A stretch of 64,000 nucleotides of DNA from Sphingobacteriales bacterium (lineage in GTDB: Bacteria; Bacteroidota; Bacteroidia; Chitinophagales; LD1), in contig JADFDM010000014.1 in NCBI GenBank assembly GCA_018262795.1, forward strand, positions 5,449-69,448, in the 5' to 3' direction. A program made the position numbers and the translations under genes. Shown here one piece after another: positions 28,921 to 38,171 of this stretch. The notes beneath the pieces are model-generated. The model was not told the origin of the DNA. It ran no database searches and worked only from the letters and a program-made list of their open reading frames with translations. The number at the start of each line of letters is the position of its first letter. The stretch's first letter is position 1.

Positions 28921-29644
28921 ATGGCTTTAAGATGTAAGCGCATTGCGTTGATGTATTCTGCTAACTCTTTGTCAGTCCCCCGTTACGAAATGAGGCGAAC
29001 TGTCCGCGAAGTTGTTTCCACGGGTCAACGTCATTTTGCTTATGTAAAAGGCACCTCCGGCAATCTCGATATTGCCCTCATTTACAAAATAGTTTCGGGC
29101 CGGTGTTTATGGGCTTTAGTAACGCTTACGTGCGTTGGATCTTTGCCAAGGGGAGCCAAAAAGCAGCCGCTTTGGATTTAAACAAAACCCTCCTTTCCAT
29201 TAATCAGAAACTAAAACAGTGGGAGCCGCAGGTTTATTTTTTATACCCCGAAGACTCTAAGGATGAGAAAACTATTTTTCCGCACAAGCGCACGCCTTTT
29301 TACAAAGGCAGCGATATAGCCCGTTGCGAGCAAATACATGTTTTGGCCAATCAGCTCGCAAACTATCCGACCCTCGCAACGCTGTGCACCGAAGTGCTCA
29401 ATTTTTATAAGCTGCTTGAAAGCAAGTGCGCCCCCGCCACGGTGCCGAAGGAGACGTAAAAGATAAAAGCAATATACTGGAGCAAAAGCGCAAAAAAGTA
29501 TGCGCTGAAATGTATGGCAACCTTGGATGGTTAATGTATGTGTATCGGCATAACTTAAAGCAAATTACCCCATACTTAGACATGGGCGTAATTAAGAATA
29601 AGGTTAGAAGAAAGAAGCATAGCGATGAGCAGCCAGCGGAATAG
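28921..29644 (+). pseudogene. Probable frameshifted remnant of a gene of unknown function (three consecutive + strand ORF pieces in three different frames)
   Basis: ORFs 28921-29181, 29103-29459 and 29426-29644 overlap head to tail on the same strand. Each has protein-like composition (...RRTVREVVSTGQRHFAYVKGTSGNLDIALIYKIVSGR / FSNAYVRWIFAKGSQKAAALDLNKT...LANYPTLATLCTEVLNFYKLLESK / GDVKDKSNILEQKRKKVCAEMYGNLGWLMYVYRHNLKQITPYLDMG...). Joining them needs two frameshifts, near 29100 and near 29440. Alternatively only the 118-aa middle ORF is real, or there are sequencing errors. Confidence 0.35.
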
Positions 29645-29727
29645 CTCCTTACTCACACAAGTTTATTCAATTATAGGATTAGGCGCATAGGTCTCTACCT
29701 GTTACAAATCTGGCTCTCTTTTTTAAC

Positions 29728-29997
29728 GGTCGCCTCTACGAGGCTTTGTTGAATACACTATTTTTTGCTACCAAAAGTTTCGACCCTCCGGGACTGGAAA
29801 AATGCAACTATTTAATTTGCTTGAATCGGCTTTAGCTCCATAGGAGCAACCTTTTGGTAGGAAAGGGCGAATGCTGCATTGAAGCCTCATAGGGGCGACC
29901 ATTTTATTTGTTTACAGACAAAAATATTAGTACTGCTTGTCCTATCTGCAAGCTGGATCTTGCTAATGGCTATCGCAGCATTCTCACCATAGGGGAG
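29728..29997. repeat. Cluster of short REP-like hairpins (GCYCC-ATA/TAC-GGRGC type) plus an inverted pair gctaccaaaag / cttttggtag
   Basis: gcctc-tac-gaggc (29732-29744), gctcc-ata-ggagc (29835-29847), gcctc-ata-ggggc (29884-29896) and ctcacc-ata-ggggag (29983-29997). 29767-29777 is the reverse complement of 29851-29860. A related CCGTAGG core occurs in the 25-nt repeats of the first island. Confidence 0.6.
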
Positions 29998-30073
29998 TGT
30001 TATTAACCGATAGATCAATTTAATTAGAACGAATCTGTTTTTTGTGTATTTTTCACAATAAAAATGTAAAGAC

Positions 30074-33000
30074 ATGAAAAAAATTTACACGCTCGTGTTT
30101 TTTTGCGGTAGCCTAATTTTAGGTCAGGCACAAACCAGTTGCTTTGCCCCGTTTATTGATTTTCACTATTACTACGGCAACTCAGGTTACGCCACCAACA
30201 TTGCTTATGCCGATATGAATAATGATTCAAAACTAGATGCCATCGTAGGGGCTACGAACATCTTTATTATGAATGGCAATGGGAATGGAACCTTTGCGGT
30301 GGGTGCGGAATATTCTTCAAATGGAAAAGCCACCAGAGAAATGGAAGTGGCCGACTTTAACAGCGATAATAAACCCGACATCATTTCATTTGATAACCCC
30401 AATTCAGGCTATAAATCACTAAGCATTTATACGAACAATAACTACACCGGCATTTCGCAAGCGGTTTCATTTCCTACTAATATCATAGCTGGTGGCGGCA
30501 GCAGCAATCCGGGAAATATAGAAGTAGCTGATTTAAATGCAGACGGAAAGAAGGATGTGGTGATTACAAATTACAGCGGCAATAAACTTTACATCTGTAA
30601 AAACAATGGCAACAATACACTCACGGTCATTGATTCTCTTTCAACAGATGTGCACCCACTAAATATTGCTTTAGGTGATCTAAATGGTGATAGCAAGCCT
30701 GATATTGTTTGCACGCACGAATACAGTACAAGCAGCGTTTCTGTGTTTCTGAATAACGGTTCGGGAACCTTTACCGCAGGTGCATCTTTGGGAAATGTAA
30801 CCAGTTACGGAGGAGTTGCGTTGGCAGATTTTGATGGCGATAACAAGCTGGATATTATTTACAGCAATGGACCTTATTTTACTTATTGTAAAGGAAACGG
30901 TAACGGCACTTTCGGTACCGGAACGGACATATACATAGCGAGCACTGCGCGGGAACTATTTGCGGGCGACTGGAACCATGACACTAAAATGGATGTGGCT
31001 TGGGCAGATGGAAGCAATCACTCGGCAGGAAGTATATTAGGAAATGGCAATGGCACCTTTCAAGAAATTTTAGGAACTAGCACTTACGGAAATGCGGTTG
31101 ATCTTACTATCGCAGATTTTGATGGCGATAATTATGAGGACATGGTTACTTCCAATGGTGTTGCCCACAACATTTCCTTTTTAAAAGGGCAAACCGATGG
31201 TTCTTTCGGCCCACTAAGTTTACATGCAGGTGCCAGCCCTGAAAGATTCACTATCGGATTAATAAACGGGGATACGATTCCCGATATTATTACGGCAGAC
31301 TATCGCTCCAATTCCGTAAGTGTGATGCTTGGCAATGGCAACGGGTCATTTCAAAGTTCTATTCATAACATTGCAGGGGCTTCGCTGCATGATGTCGCCT
31401 TAGCGAAATTGAATGGCGATGCTTATATGGATGCCGTAGCAGCTACTAATTCTGGAAGCATTTCTGTTTTACTCGGCAATGGGAACGGAACGTTTCAAAC
31501 TCCGGTGTTTTATTCTGCTACAGCAGCCGGTGGCGACCAAGCAGTAGCATTAGGCGATGTAAATAACGACACTAAAACAGATGCCGTTCTTTCTTCTGCC
31601 AACATGGATAGTATTTATGTTTTTCTGGGAAACGGGGACGGAACTTTTCAATCTGCCTTAGGATATAAAGCGGGCGACCGACCTTATGACGTAAAACTTG
31701 CTTTGATAAATAACGATAACTTTTTAGATGCGGTAGTGCCGAATGATCTTTCAAACGATGTCACTGTATTATTTGGAACCGGAACAGGAGGTTTTTTGCC
31801 GCCATTAAGCGTACCTACCGGTGCAGGGCCGCGCACCGTTGCCTTGGCTGATTTGGATAACGATACCGATCGGGATATTGTTTGTGTCAATAATAATGGC
31901 AATAATATTTCTATACTGATTAACAATGGCAACGGCATCTTTGCTTCGGCTGTAAATTATGCGGTTTCCAATAGCGCAAGCCCGGGCACAGTCGCTGTCG
32001 AAAAATTTGACAGCGATAATTTTATGGACATAATTGTATCGCAGTATAGTGCGAGTAACGTAGCGGTGTTACTGAATAATGGCAACGGTACCTTTGGAGC
32101 ACTCTCTACTTACCAAACAGATTACCATCCACAAGATGCGCTGCTTTTTGATTTTAATTACGATGGATTCACCGACATTGCTTCCTGTAATGAAGTCGGA
32201 AGTGTAACCGTTATTCTCAACAGCGGGGTTTCATTGACCGCTGCGGGCAGCACTCAATTATGTACCGGTGATTCTGTTCAACTCTCTGCACTGGGAGGTA
32301 CTTCTTATCTCTGGAGCACAGGCGCTACTACTGCTTCTATTTACGTTAATTCTGCTGACACTTACACCTGCACCGTAACGGTAAACGGTCAGTTTGGAAC
32401 CTGCATTGCAGAGGCCGGCAGCATTCCGGTAACTGTTAGCAGCGGGCCGCCAACAGTAGGCTTTACACCGGCCAATAGCGACCACTTTTGTGTATCTGAT
32501 GGCCTCCTTAATCTTTCGCTTATTGGCGGTAGTCCACAAGGAGGTACCTTCTCCGGCAACTATGTGACCAATGGACTTTTTGATGCCACAAGTGCCGGAC
32601 TCGGACCTCATATAGTTACATACACCATTACCGATAATTGCGGTACCGCAAGTGCGAGCGATACCTTATTTATTGACAATGAAGTTTTAGCTAGTATTAA
32701 TTTTCAAAATGACACTTTCTGCACAAATGGAGGAACGATTGTTTTAGCACCATACGGTACCCCGGCCGGAGGGGTTTGGGGGGTAGGCAACACGGTAATT
32801 ACACAGGTAAACCTAAGCCAAGTGCCGCCTGGTAATTATACCCTTCATTACGCTACCGTATCGGGCGGCTGCAAGGACACCGCTTATGCCACCATTCAAG
32901 TGATAAACTGCACTGGTCTGAATGAACTAAGTGAAAGTACTCTGCATGTGTTTCCTAATCCGAGCAATGGTTCATTTATTATTGAAGTAGAAGAAGGATC

Positions 33001-33169
33001 TGAATTTTCAACGGCTATAATTTTTGACCTTGCCGGAAAAAATGTTTTTGAAAAAAATATTTCAGACCAGAAACAAATTGAATTTAACACCAGTTTAAGT
33101 AGTGGAATTTATCTGCTGCAACTCTATTCGAAAGAGAATTCAGTAATGAAGAAAATTAGTATTGAGTAG
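30074..33169 (+). CDS. FG-GAP/VCBS-repeat protein with Ig-like modules and a T9SS type-A (Por) C-terminal sorting domain
   Basis: Signal peptide MKKIYTLVFFCGSLILGQAQ. More than 10 repeats of the pattern [AG]D[FL][ND]gDg.[PLM]D[IV]v...s..vsV[FL]LgNGnGTF. C-terminus LHVFPNPSNGSFIIE...GIYLLQLYS...KKISIE is typical of type-A CTDs. Confidence 0.85.
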   Translation: MKKIYTLVFFCGSLILGQAQTSCFAPFIDFHYYYGNSGYATNIAYADMNNDSKLDAIVGATNIFIMNGNGNGTFAVGAEYSSNGKATREMEVADFNSDNKPDIISFDNPNSGYKSLSIYTNNNYTGISQAVSFPTNIIAGGGSSNPGNIEVADLNADGKKDVVITNYSGNKLYICKNNGNNTLTVIDSLSTDVHPLNIALGDLNGDSKPDIVCTHEYSTSSVSVFLNNGSGTFTAGASLGNVTSYGGVALADFDGDNKLDIIYSNGPYFTYCKGNGNGTFGTGTDIYIASTARELFAGDWNHDTKMDVAWADGSNHSAGSILGNGNGTFQEILGTSTYGNAVDLTIADFDGDNYEDMVTSNGVAHNISFLKGQTDGSFGPLSLHAGASPERFTIGLINGDTIPDIITADYRSNSVSVMLGNGNGSFQSSIHNIAGASLHDVALAKLNGDAYMDAVAATNSGSISVLLGNGNGTFQTPVFYSATAAGGDQAVALGDVNNDTKTDAVLSSANMDSIYVFLGNGDGTFQSALGYKAGDRPYDVKLALINNDNFLDAVVPNDLSNDVTVLFGTGTGGFLPPLSVPTGAGPRTVALADLDNDTDRDIVCVNNNGNNISILINNGNGIFASAVNYAVSNSASPGTVAVEKFDSDNFMDIIVSQYSASNVAVLLNNGNGTFGALSTYQTDYHPQDALLFDFNYDGFTDIASCNEVGSVTVILNSGVSLTAAGSTQLCTGDSVQLSALGGTSYLWSTGATTASIYVNSADTYTCTVTVNGQFGTCIAEAGSIPVTVSSGPPTVGFTPANSDHFCVSDGLLNLSLIGGSPQGGTFSGNYVTNGLFDATSAGLGPHIVTYTITDNCGTASASDTLFIDNEVLASINFQNDTFCTNGGTIVLAPYGTPAGGVWGVGNTVITQVNLSQVPPGNYTLHYATVSGGCKDTAYATIQVINCTGLNELSESTLHVFPNPSNGSFIIEVEEGSEFSTAIIFDLAGKNVFEKNISDQKQIEFNTSLSSGIYLLQLYSKENSVMKKISIE

Positions 33170-33305
33170 AAAAGTGGTTGAATAAAAATTGTATCAGCAA
33201 GCTCTCGTTTTGTGAGCCTGCACCTTTCAATACTCAAGTGTCGGTTCAAGAAAATAGGTGTTCGCTTTAAAATGAGAGTATCTTACGGTTCTTGTTACTC
33301 GTTTT

Positions 33306-35558
33306 TCAGAACCTCACATTCACGCCTGCCAGAAAGTTGAAGCCCGCTTGCGGATAGTAGTAGTTGTAAGTATAAGGGCCGTCCGTTTGCAGTGAACCGC
33401 TGCCATCGTCATAAGCATAGCGCTCGGTCCAAGTGTAGCCATTGCTTTCGTATAAGCGGTTCAGCACATTGTTGAGCAGCAGTTTCAGCGTTATCTCCTT
33501 CCCTTCCTGTTTCAACGGCACCGAATAAGTAATGTTGATGTTAGAGTAGGTAAAGGGTTTCAACTTGCGGTTATCATTCTGGGTATTGTCTAAGTACTGC
33601 TTGCTTACGGCTTTGGTCATCAAGCTGACGGAAAGCCCTTTGAGCGGACGAAGCACCAACTCCAGCGAAGCGATAAAAGAGGGAGAGAAGGAGATGTCGG
33701 TTTGGTGATGATTTGTGATGATTGTGAGGGTATCCACCGGCACATAGTTTTCATCGTAGGTATAAATGTATTCGTCAAACGATTTGATTTTGTTGAACGA
33801 GTAAGCAAAGGAGTAGTGAATGGAGAACACGTTCACCGGGACAGTACGCGCTGCCTTGCTGCTTTTTCTTTTAAAATTAAAAGAGCCGGTCAGCTCTACT
33901 CCGGTTCGGTAACTCACCGGCACATTCTCCTTGATTGGGCTGCCCACATTGGTCAGCCGGCCGGTAAGTACCAACTGGTTTTTGTAATACATCAGGTAAT
34001 AATTAATACTGAAAGGGAAATCGCTTCGGTGTAGTTTATAACCGGCTTCTACATCGTGCATCATCTCCGCTTTCACTTCGCGCCCCGCATATAGTGCGGC
34101 TAACAAATCATCGCGGTTCGGCTCGCGGTGACCCAGCGCATACGAAGCATATAATTGATGTAGCGGATTGATTTGATACAGCAATCCGGCTTTGGGATTT
34201 ATAAAGTGCCATGTCTTCGATACCTCGTAAGATGTTTGTGAATCATCTACTCCCTTGGTGGTATAGCCCACGTAGCGGTATTGCACATCGGCATACAAAT
34301 TTAAATGATGAAACAATTCGTAGTTGAACTTGACATACACGTTAAAATCATTTTTTGTGGAGTGGCCATCGTAGTAATGCTTGCTCTTGTCTATCACGAC
34401 TTCCTGTGCCCAAATTACTTTGCCGTATTGCTTTCCGCGATACTGTGCCAGCAAACCGCCCAACGTAGCCGATACTTTTTTATAATCGTAGTTTAGAGCA
34501 AAAGTGCCTCCATAGAAAATATTATTGAGCCAGAGCTGACGAACCAAATCGGTATAGGCACTCGGCATCGTTTCAAAATAACTCTGAATAGCTGCACCGG
34601 TTTTATATTCTTCATAATACCCTTTGCCGAGCGTAGCAAACAATCCCGCATTCAAATAAAAGTGAGAAGGCAACTGCCGGGCTAATAGCAGTTGGAGGTA
34701 ATGTTGCTTATAGTTATCTGTTTGATTTTTGTAGGGAGGAAAGTGAGAGCCGTAATCGGTGCCGGCCTCATTATAGGTGCGGTTCACTTTCAACGAATCT
34801 TCCGACACGCCATACCAAGCCTGATAAGTTTTTTCACCTCCTCCGAAATACAACAGTTTCACAAGTGTTTTATCATCCTGATAACCGGTCTGAAAAAACC
34901 AGGACTGGAGGTTAGACGAAGCGCGGTCAACATACCCGTCCGACACAATCCAAGAGCCGGAGCCTTCGATAAAATAGTGTTGTTTAAGAAGACCACTACC
35001 AACTTTCAGATTGCCGCGAAAAGTATGGAAGGAGCCGGCAGAAACCTCTGCCTCTACAAAAGGTTTGGGGGAAGCGGTTTGAGTTTGCACACTCACTGTT
35101 CCGCCAAAAGCGCTGCCCCCGTTGGTAGAGCCACCTACGCCCCGTTGTATTTGTATGCTTTGCGCGGAGGATGCTACATCGGGTAAGTCCACCCAAAAAG
35201 TTCCCTGGCTTTCGGCATCGTTTACCGGAATTCCGTTTAGCGTTACGTTCACGCGGGTATTATCGCTGCCGCGAATGCGAATACCGGTATAACCTACTCC
35301 TGCTCCGGCATCGGAAGTGGTCACTGCCGAAGGGGTGTTGTCGAGCAGAAAAGGCAAATCCTGTCCCAGATTGTTTTTGTTCAACTCCGCCTTGCCGATG
35401 TATTGATAGGTAGTGGGAGAATTTTGCTTTGCGCGTGTAGCATTTACGATCACTTCGTCTTTAAAAATAACTTTCAGTGAATCGGCTCCGTGGCCGGTAG
35501 TGTCTGTTTGCGCCAAAGCTGCGTTGGCAATAAACAGAAAGAATAATGTCTTTTTCAT
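33306..35558 (-). CDS. TonB-dependent outer-membrane receptor (750 aa), TPP-riboswitch controlled; predicted thiamine or thiamine-precursor uptake
   Basis: Signal peptide MKKTLFFLFIANAALAQ and plug-like N-terminus (VIVNATRAKQ...GIRIRGS...VNVTLNGIPVND). A long beta-barrel rich in Y/G alternation ends in a terminal aromatic residue (...AGVNVRF). A THI-box lies in the 5' leader. Confidence 0.85.
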   Translation of the reverse strand: MKKTLFFLFIANAALAQTDTTGHGADSLKVIFKDEVIVNATRAKQNSPTTYQYIGKAELNKNNLGQDLPFLLDNTPSAVTTSDAGAGVGYTGIRIRGSDNTRVNVTLNGIPVNDAESQGTFWVDLPDVASSAQSIQIQRGVGGSTNGGSAFGGTVSVQTQTASPKPFVEAEVSAGSFHTFRGNLKVGSGLLKQHYFIEGSGSWIVSDGYVDRASSNLQSWFFQTGYQDDKTLVKLLYFGGGEKTYQAWYGVSEDSLKVNRTYNEAGTDYGSHFPPYKNQTDNYKQHYLQLLLARQLPSHFYLNAGLFATLGKGYYEEYKTGAAIQSYFETMPSAYTDLVRQLWLNNIFYGGTFALNYDYKKVSATLGGLLAQYRGKQYGKVIWAQEVVIDKSKHYYDGHSTKNDFNVYVKFNYELFHHLNLYADVQYRYVGYTTKGVDDSQTSYEVSKTWHFINPKAGLLYQINPLHQLYASYALGHREPNRDDLLAALYAGREVKAEMMHDVEAGYKLHRSDFPFSINYYLMYYKNQLVLTGRLTNVGSPIKENVPVSYRTGVELTGSFNFKRKSSKAARTVPVNVFSIHYSFAYSFNKIKSFDEYIYTYDENYVPVDTLTIITNHHQTDISFSPSFIASLELVLRPLKGLSVSLMTKAVSKQYLDNTQNDNRKLKPFTYSNINITYSVPLKQEGKEITLKLLLNNVLNRLYESNGYTWTERYAYDDGSGSLQTDGPYTYNYYYPQAGFNFLAGVNVRF

Positions 35559-35643
35559 TGCAGTGTTTAAACCGGTGAAAGAATTATTCTTTCTAAGAGT
35601 GGAGAAAATTTCGAGCGAGAGAGTCCCGCAATTCTGCGAGATT

Positions 35644-35755
35644 CTTTCTGTCCCTTACGCACGAATTACCGTGATCAGGTTCGAAGGGTTCTTCTCAGAT
35701 TCTAAATCAGTATTCCGATGTCCGAAATCAAAAATTTAAAAACGCCCCCAGAAAG
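35644..35755 (-). promoter_or_regulatory. TPP (THI-box) riboswitch aptamer in the leader of the TonB-dependent receptor gene
   Basis: The minus strand reads CTTTCTG-GGGGCG-[P3 hairpin ATTTCGG-ACA-TCGGAAT]-CTGAGA-AGA-ACCC-TTCGA-ACCTGATC-ACGGTAATTCGTG-CGTAAGGGA-CAGAAAG. P1 is CTTTCTG/CAGAAAG. The conserved CUGAGA, ACCC, ACCUGAUC and CGUAnGGGA blocks are in canonical order and spacing. Confidence 0.85.
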
Positions 35756-35796
35756 CTGGCGCAAAGGTAGAAGAAGAAAACTGAGAAATGCAACTG

Positions 35797-37596
35797 TTAT
35801 TTGGGAATGGTGAAACATACCTTCGTGCCGCCTAAAAGCGAAGGCTCAATCCATATTTTACCATTGAGGTTGTCAATGATTTTTTTGCAAATGGTAAGGC
35901 CAATTCCGGCTCCTCCGTATTCATCGCGAGCGTGCAGCCGCTGAAAAATAATAAATACCTTTTGCCGGTACTCTTCCGGAATTCCAATGCCGTTATCATC
36001 AATACTGAATAAATAATGACGACTCTGCTCTGTGCAATTAATTTCGATTTCGGGTAATTTATTCAGATTATATTTTACTCCATTATCAATCAGGTGAGTA
36101 AAAATGTGGCGCATCGCAATGGAGCCGGTTTGCACCTTTGGCATATTCTCATAGCGAATAATGGCCGTCAGGTCTCCATTCTCCGATACCATACTCTGTT
36201 TCACTTCTTCCAGCAAGAGACGGATGTCCACCTCTTCGGTATTTACAGAGGGATTGATGTTACTCCACTCGATCAGATTGTTCAGCACATTCATCAGGCG
36301 TTTAGCACCATCGCTCAGATATTGCAGGTATTCGTGTTGTTCTTTCGAAAGGCTTCCATTCATAGACTTCTCCAACAGTTGCGAGTAATTGGAAATCATG
36401 CGCAAAGGCTCTTTCATATCATGCGAGGCCGCATGAGTAAATTGCTTTAACTCAAAGTTGCTGGCCTCCAGCTTGCGCGCATATTCTTCAATTTCGATGG
36501 CCTTTTTCTTTAGCACCTCTTGCTCCTTTTTCCCTTCTTCTAATTGAAAACTCAACATGGCATCGTTAATCGCAGCGCTTTTGTGAAACACGTGCATTTC
36601 CTCTTTGTGCTTCTCCGCTAATTTCATTTTATCGCAAGCTTCGCGATAGTTGCCCGCATCGTAGAGCATCTCGCTCCAGTAGCCAAATAAATTGTAATAG
36701 TCAATATTGAGTTGTAGTTCTTTGAATATTTTTTCCCCTTCCAAAAACCAGTGCTGCGAATCCTTATACTCTTTTTTCAAATGGTAGCAACGCCCTATCT
36801 GCCGGCAAAGATTTAACTGAAAGCGTTTGTTGGCCGACTTGGTAGCTTTTTCCAAAGCCTCGAAAGCAGCTAAAAGTGCTGAATCGAACTCTCCTTTCTC
36901 CGCCAGTTTCACGGCCATATTTCCAAGCGCTACACTCAGGCTTACATCGTCTTGTATTTCGCGCGACAAGTCGGCTGCCTTTTTGTAAAACTCAAATGCT
37001 TCTTCTTTACTTCCACCCGATTCCTCTACGTTTACACCGAATGAAATATAGCAACGGGCAATGCCGTTCTTTTCGTTCAACTGCTTATATTGCTCATAGG
37101 CACTGTTCAGACAAACTTCGGCCAGTGAAGAAAGTTCAAGCCTGCCGTAAATAATTGAAAGATTAAATTGAGAACGGGCAAGAGTGAGCTTCCCCTCTTG
37201 ACTGAGATCTATCTTTGACTGCAATAGGCGAATGGATTCATCGTAAGCATACTTCGATTGAGTTAACTGCCCCTGATAATCGCAATTTAACCCTAACAAG
37301 CGCAACAACTCTGCTTTGTGTTCCGTGTCTTCCCTCTCATCTAACCGCTCAATGGCGGCTTCTAATAACTCAATGGAGGCAGGGAAAGAACTGACAATGT
37401 CCGTATAGAAGCGGGCTAACTGACGAGCCGCTTTAAAAATCAATGGCCGGTTACCAATATCGCAAGCGAGATTATAAGCATCCACCGCAAATTCTTCAGT
37501 GGCGGCCTCTCGCTTTTCAAAACGCTTTTCCGCCTCGGAAAGAAGATTTCCGATAACCTCTGTGATAGATCTGGATAATGCGTGTGCCCCTGCCAT
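35797..37596 (-). CDS. Cytoplasmic sensor histidine kinase with an N-terminal TPR-like region (HisKA + HATPase_c); no adjacent response regulator
   Basis: H-box FTHAASHDMKEPLRMI, N-box HLIDNGVKYN, G-boxes DDNGIGI and GGAGIGLTICKKII. About 370 aa of helical repeat upstream. No obvious transmembrane segment. Confidence 0.85.
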   Translation of the reverse strand: MAGAHALSRSITEVIGNLLSEAEKRFEKREAATEEFAVDAYNLACDIGNRPLIFKAARQLARFYTDIVSSFPASIELLEAAIERLDEREDTEHKAELLRLLGLNCDYQGQLTQSKYAYDESIRLLQSKIDLSQEGKLTLARSQFNLSIIYGRLELSSLAEVCLNSAYEQYKQLNEKNGIARCYISFGVNVEESGGSKEEAFEFYKKAADLSREIQDDVSLSVALGNMAVKLAEKGEFDSALLAAFEALEKATKSANKRFQLNLCRQIGRCYHLKKEYKDSQHWFLEGEKIFKELQLNIDYYNLFGYWSEMLYDAGNYREACDKMKLAEKHKEEMHVFHKSAAINDAMLSFQLEEGKKEQEVLKKKAIEIEEYARKLEASNFELKQFTHAASHDMKEPLRMISNYSQLLEKSMNGSLSKEQHEYLQYLSDGAKRLMNVLNNLIEWSNINPSVNTEEVDIRLLLEEVKQSMVSENGDLTAIIRYENMPKVQTGSIAMRHIFTHLIDNGVKYNLNKLPEIEINCTEQSRHYLFSIDDNGIGIPEEYRQKVFIIFQRLHARDEYGGAGIGLTICKKIIDNLNGKIWIEPSLLGGTKVCFTIPK

Positions 37597-37658
37597 ATAA
37601 TATGAGTCTTATTATAATACGGACAGCAAGCTTTTTTGTTCCTTCAACGGAAAAAATA

Positions 37659-38171
37659 TCAAAGTAGATTTTCGATAAACGCAGCAGCCTGTGAGAATCG
37701 CTCTGATTCGCTTCCTCTGATTACTTTATAGTTTACATCTGCCAGCTCCAACTCCTTCACAAACTGCTGGTACAGGTCTGTTCGATCATGCGGATTAGCT
37801 CTTTGCTCATCGGCCTGCCAGGGGACATCGGTATAGCAAAGTAAGTGCAGCCTGCGCTTGCGATTTGCAATTTCTTTATCTATCCAATCAGGTATTTCCC
37901 ACCGATAGTAGCGCAGCCATATTTTAATATTGATCAGATCGTTGTCACTCAACAATATGCGAGTTACTTTTTGAATCATTCGCTCTTCTTCCGCTATTAT
38001 TTGTTCAGCAATTCGTATCACATCTTCCCGATTGTAAGGCCGGTGAAGGGCTGCGATGTAATGTCGAGAAATATCAGGAACATATACCGTATTGAAGTAC
38101 TCGCTCAATTGCTCTGCCAGTGTGGTTTTGCCGGTTGATTCGGTGCCGGTAATCGTTACTTTCGGAATCAT
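37659..38171 (-). CDS. NadR-type P-loop ATPase (ribosylnicotinamide-kinase-like domain)
   Basis: Walker A GTESTGKTT close to the N-terminus. Start placed at the ATG at 38171 (MIPKVTITG...), which overlaps the pnuC stop as ATGA. The track's longer ORF begins inside pnuC. Confidence 0.7.
   Translation of the reverse strand: MIPKVTITGTESTGKTTLAEQLSEYFNTVYVPDISRHYIAALHRPYNREDVIRIAEQIIAEEERMIQKVTRILLSDNDLINIKIWLRYYRWEIPDWIDKEIANRKRRLHLLCYTDVPWQADEQRANPHDRTDLYQQFVKELELADVNYKVIRGSESERFSQAAAFIENLL

Noticed and set aside
28712-28930. 72-aa ORF (MRASPCHLRVAGRATRSCAALSLSC...)
   Set aside because: The Arg/Cys/Ala-rich composition is typical of out-of-frame or non-coding GC-rich DNA, and there is no start context.
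33620-35739. ORFs antisense to or overlapping the TonB-dependent receptor (34692-35186, 35413-35739 and others), and similar antisense ORFs in the kinase, MORN (52226-52837), TPR (56995-57558) and ABC-F genes
   Set aside because: They are contained within well-supported genes on the opposite strand or out of frame, and their composition is poor. 35413-35739 also runs through the riboswitch.
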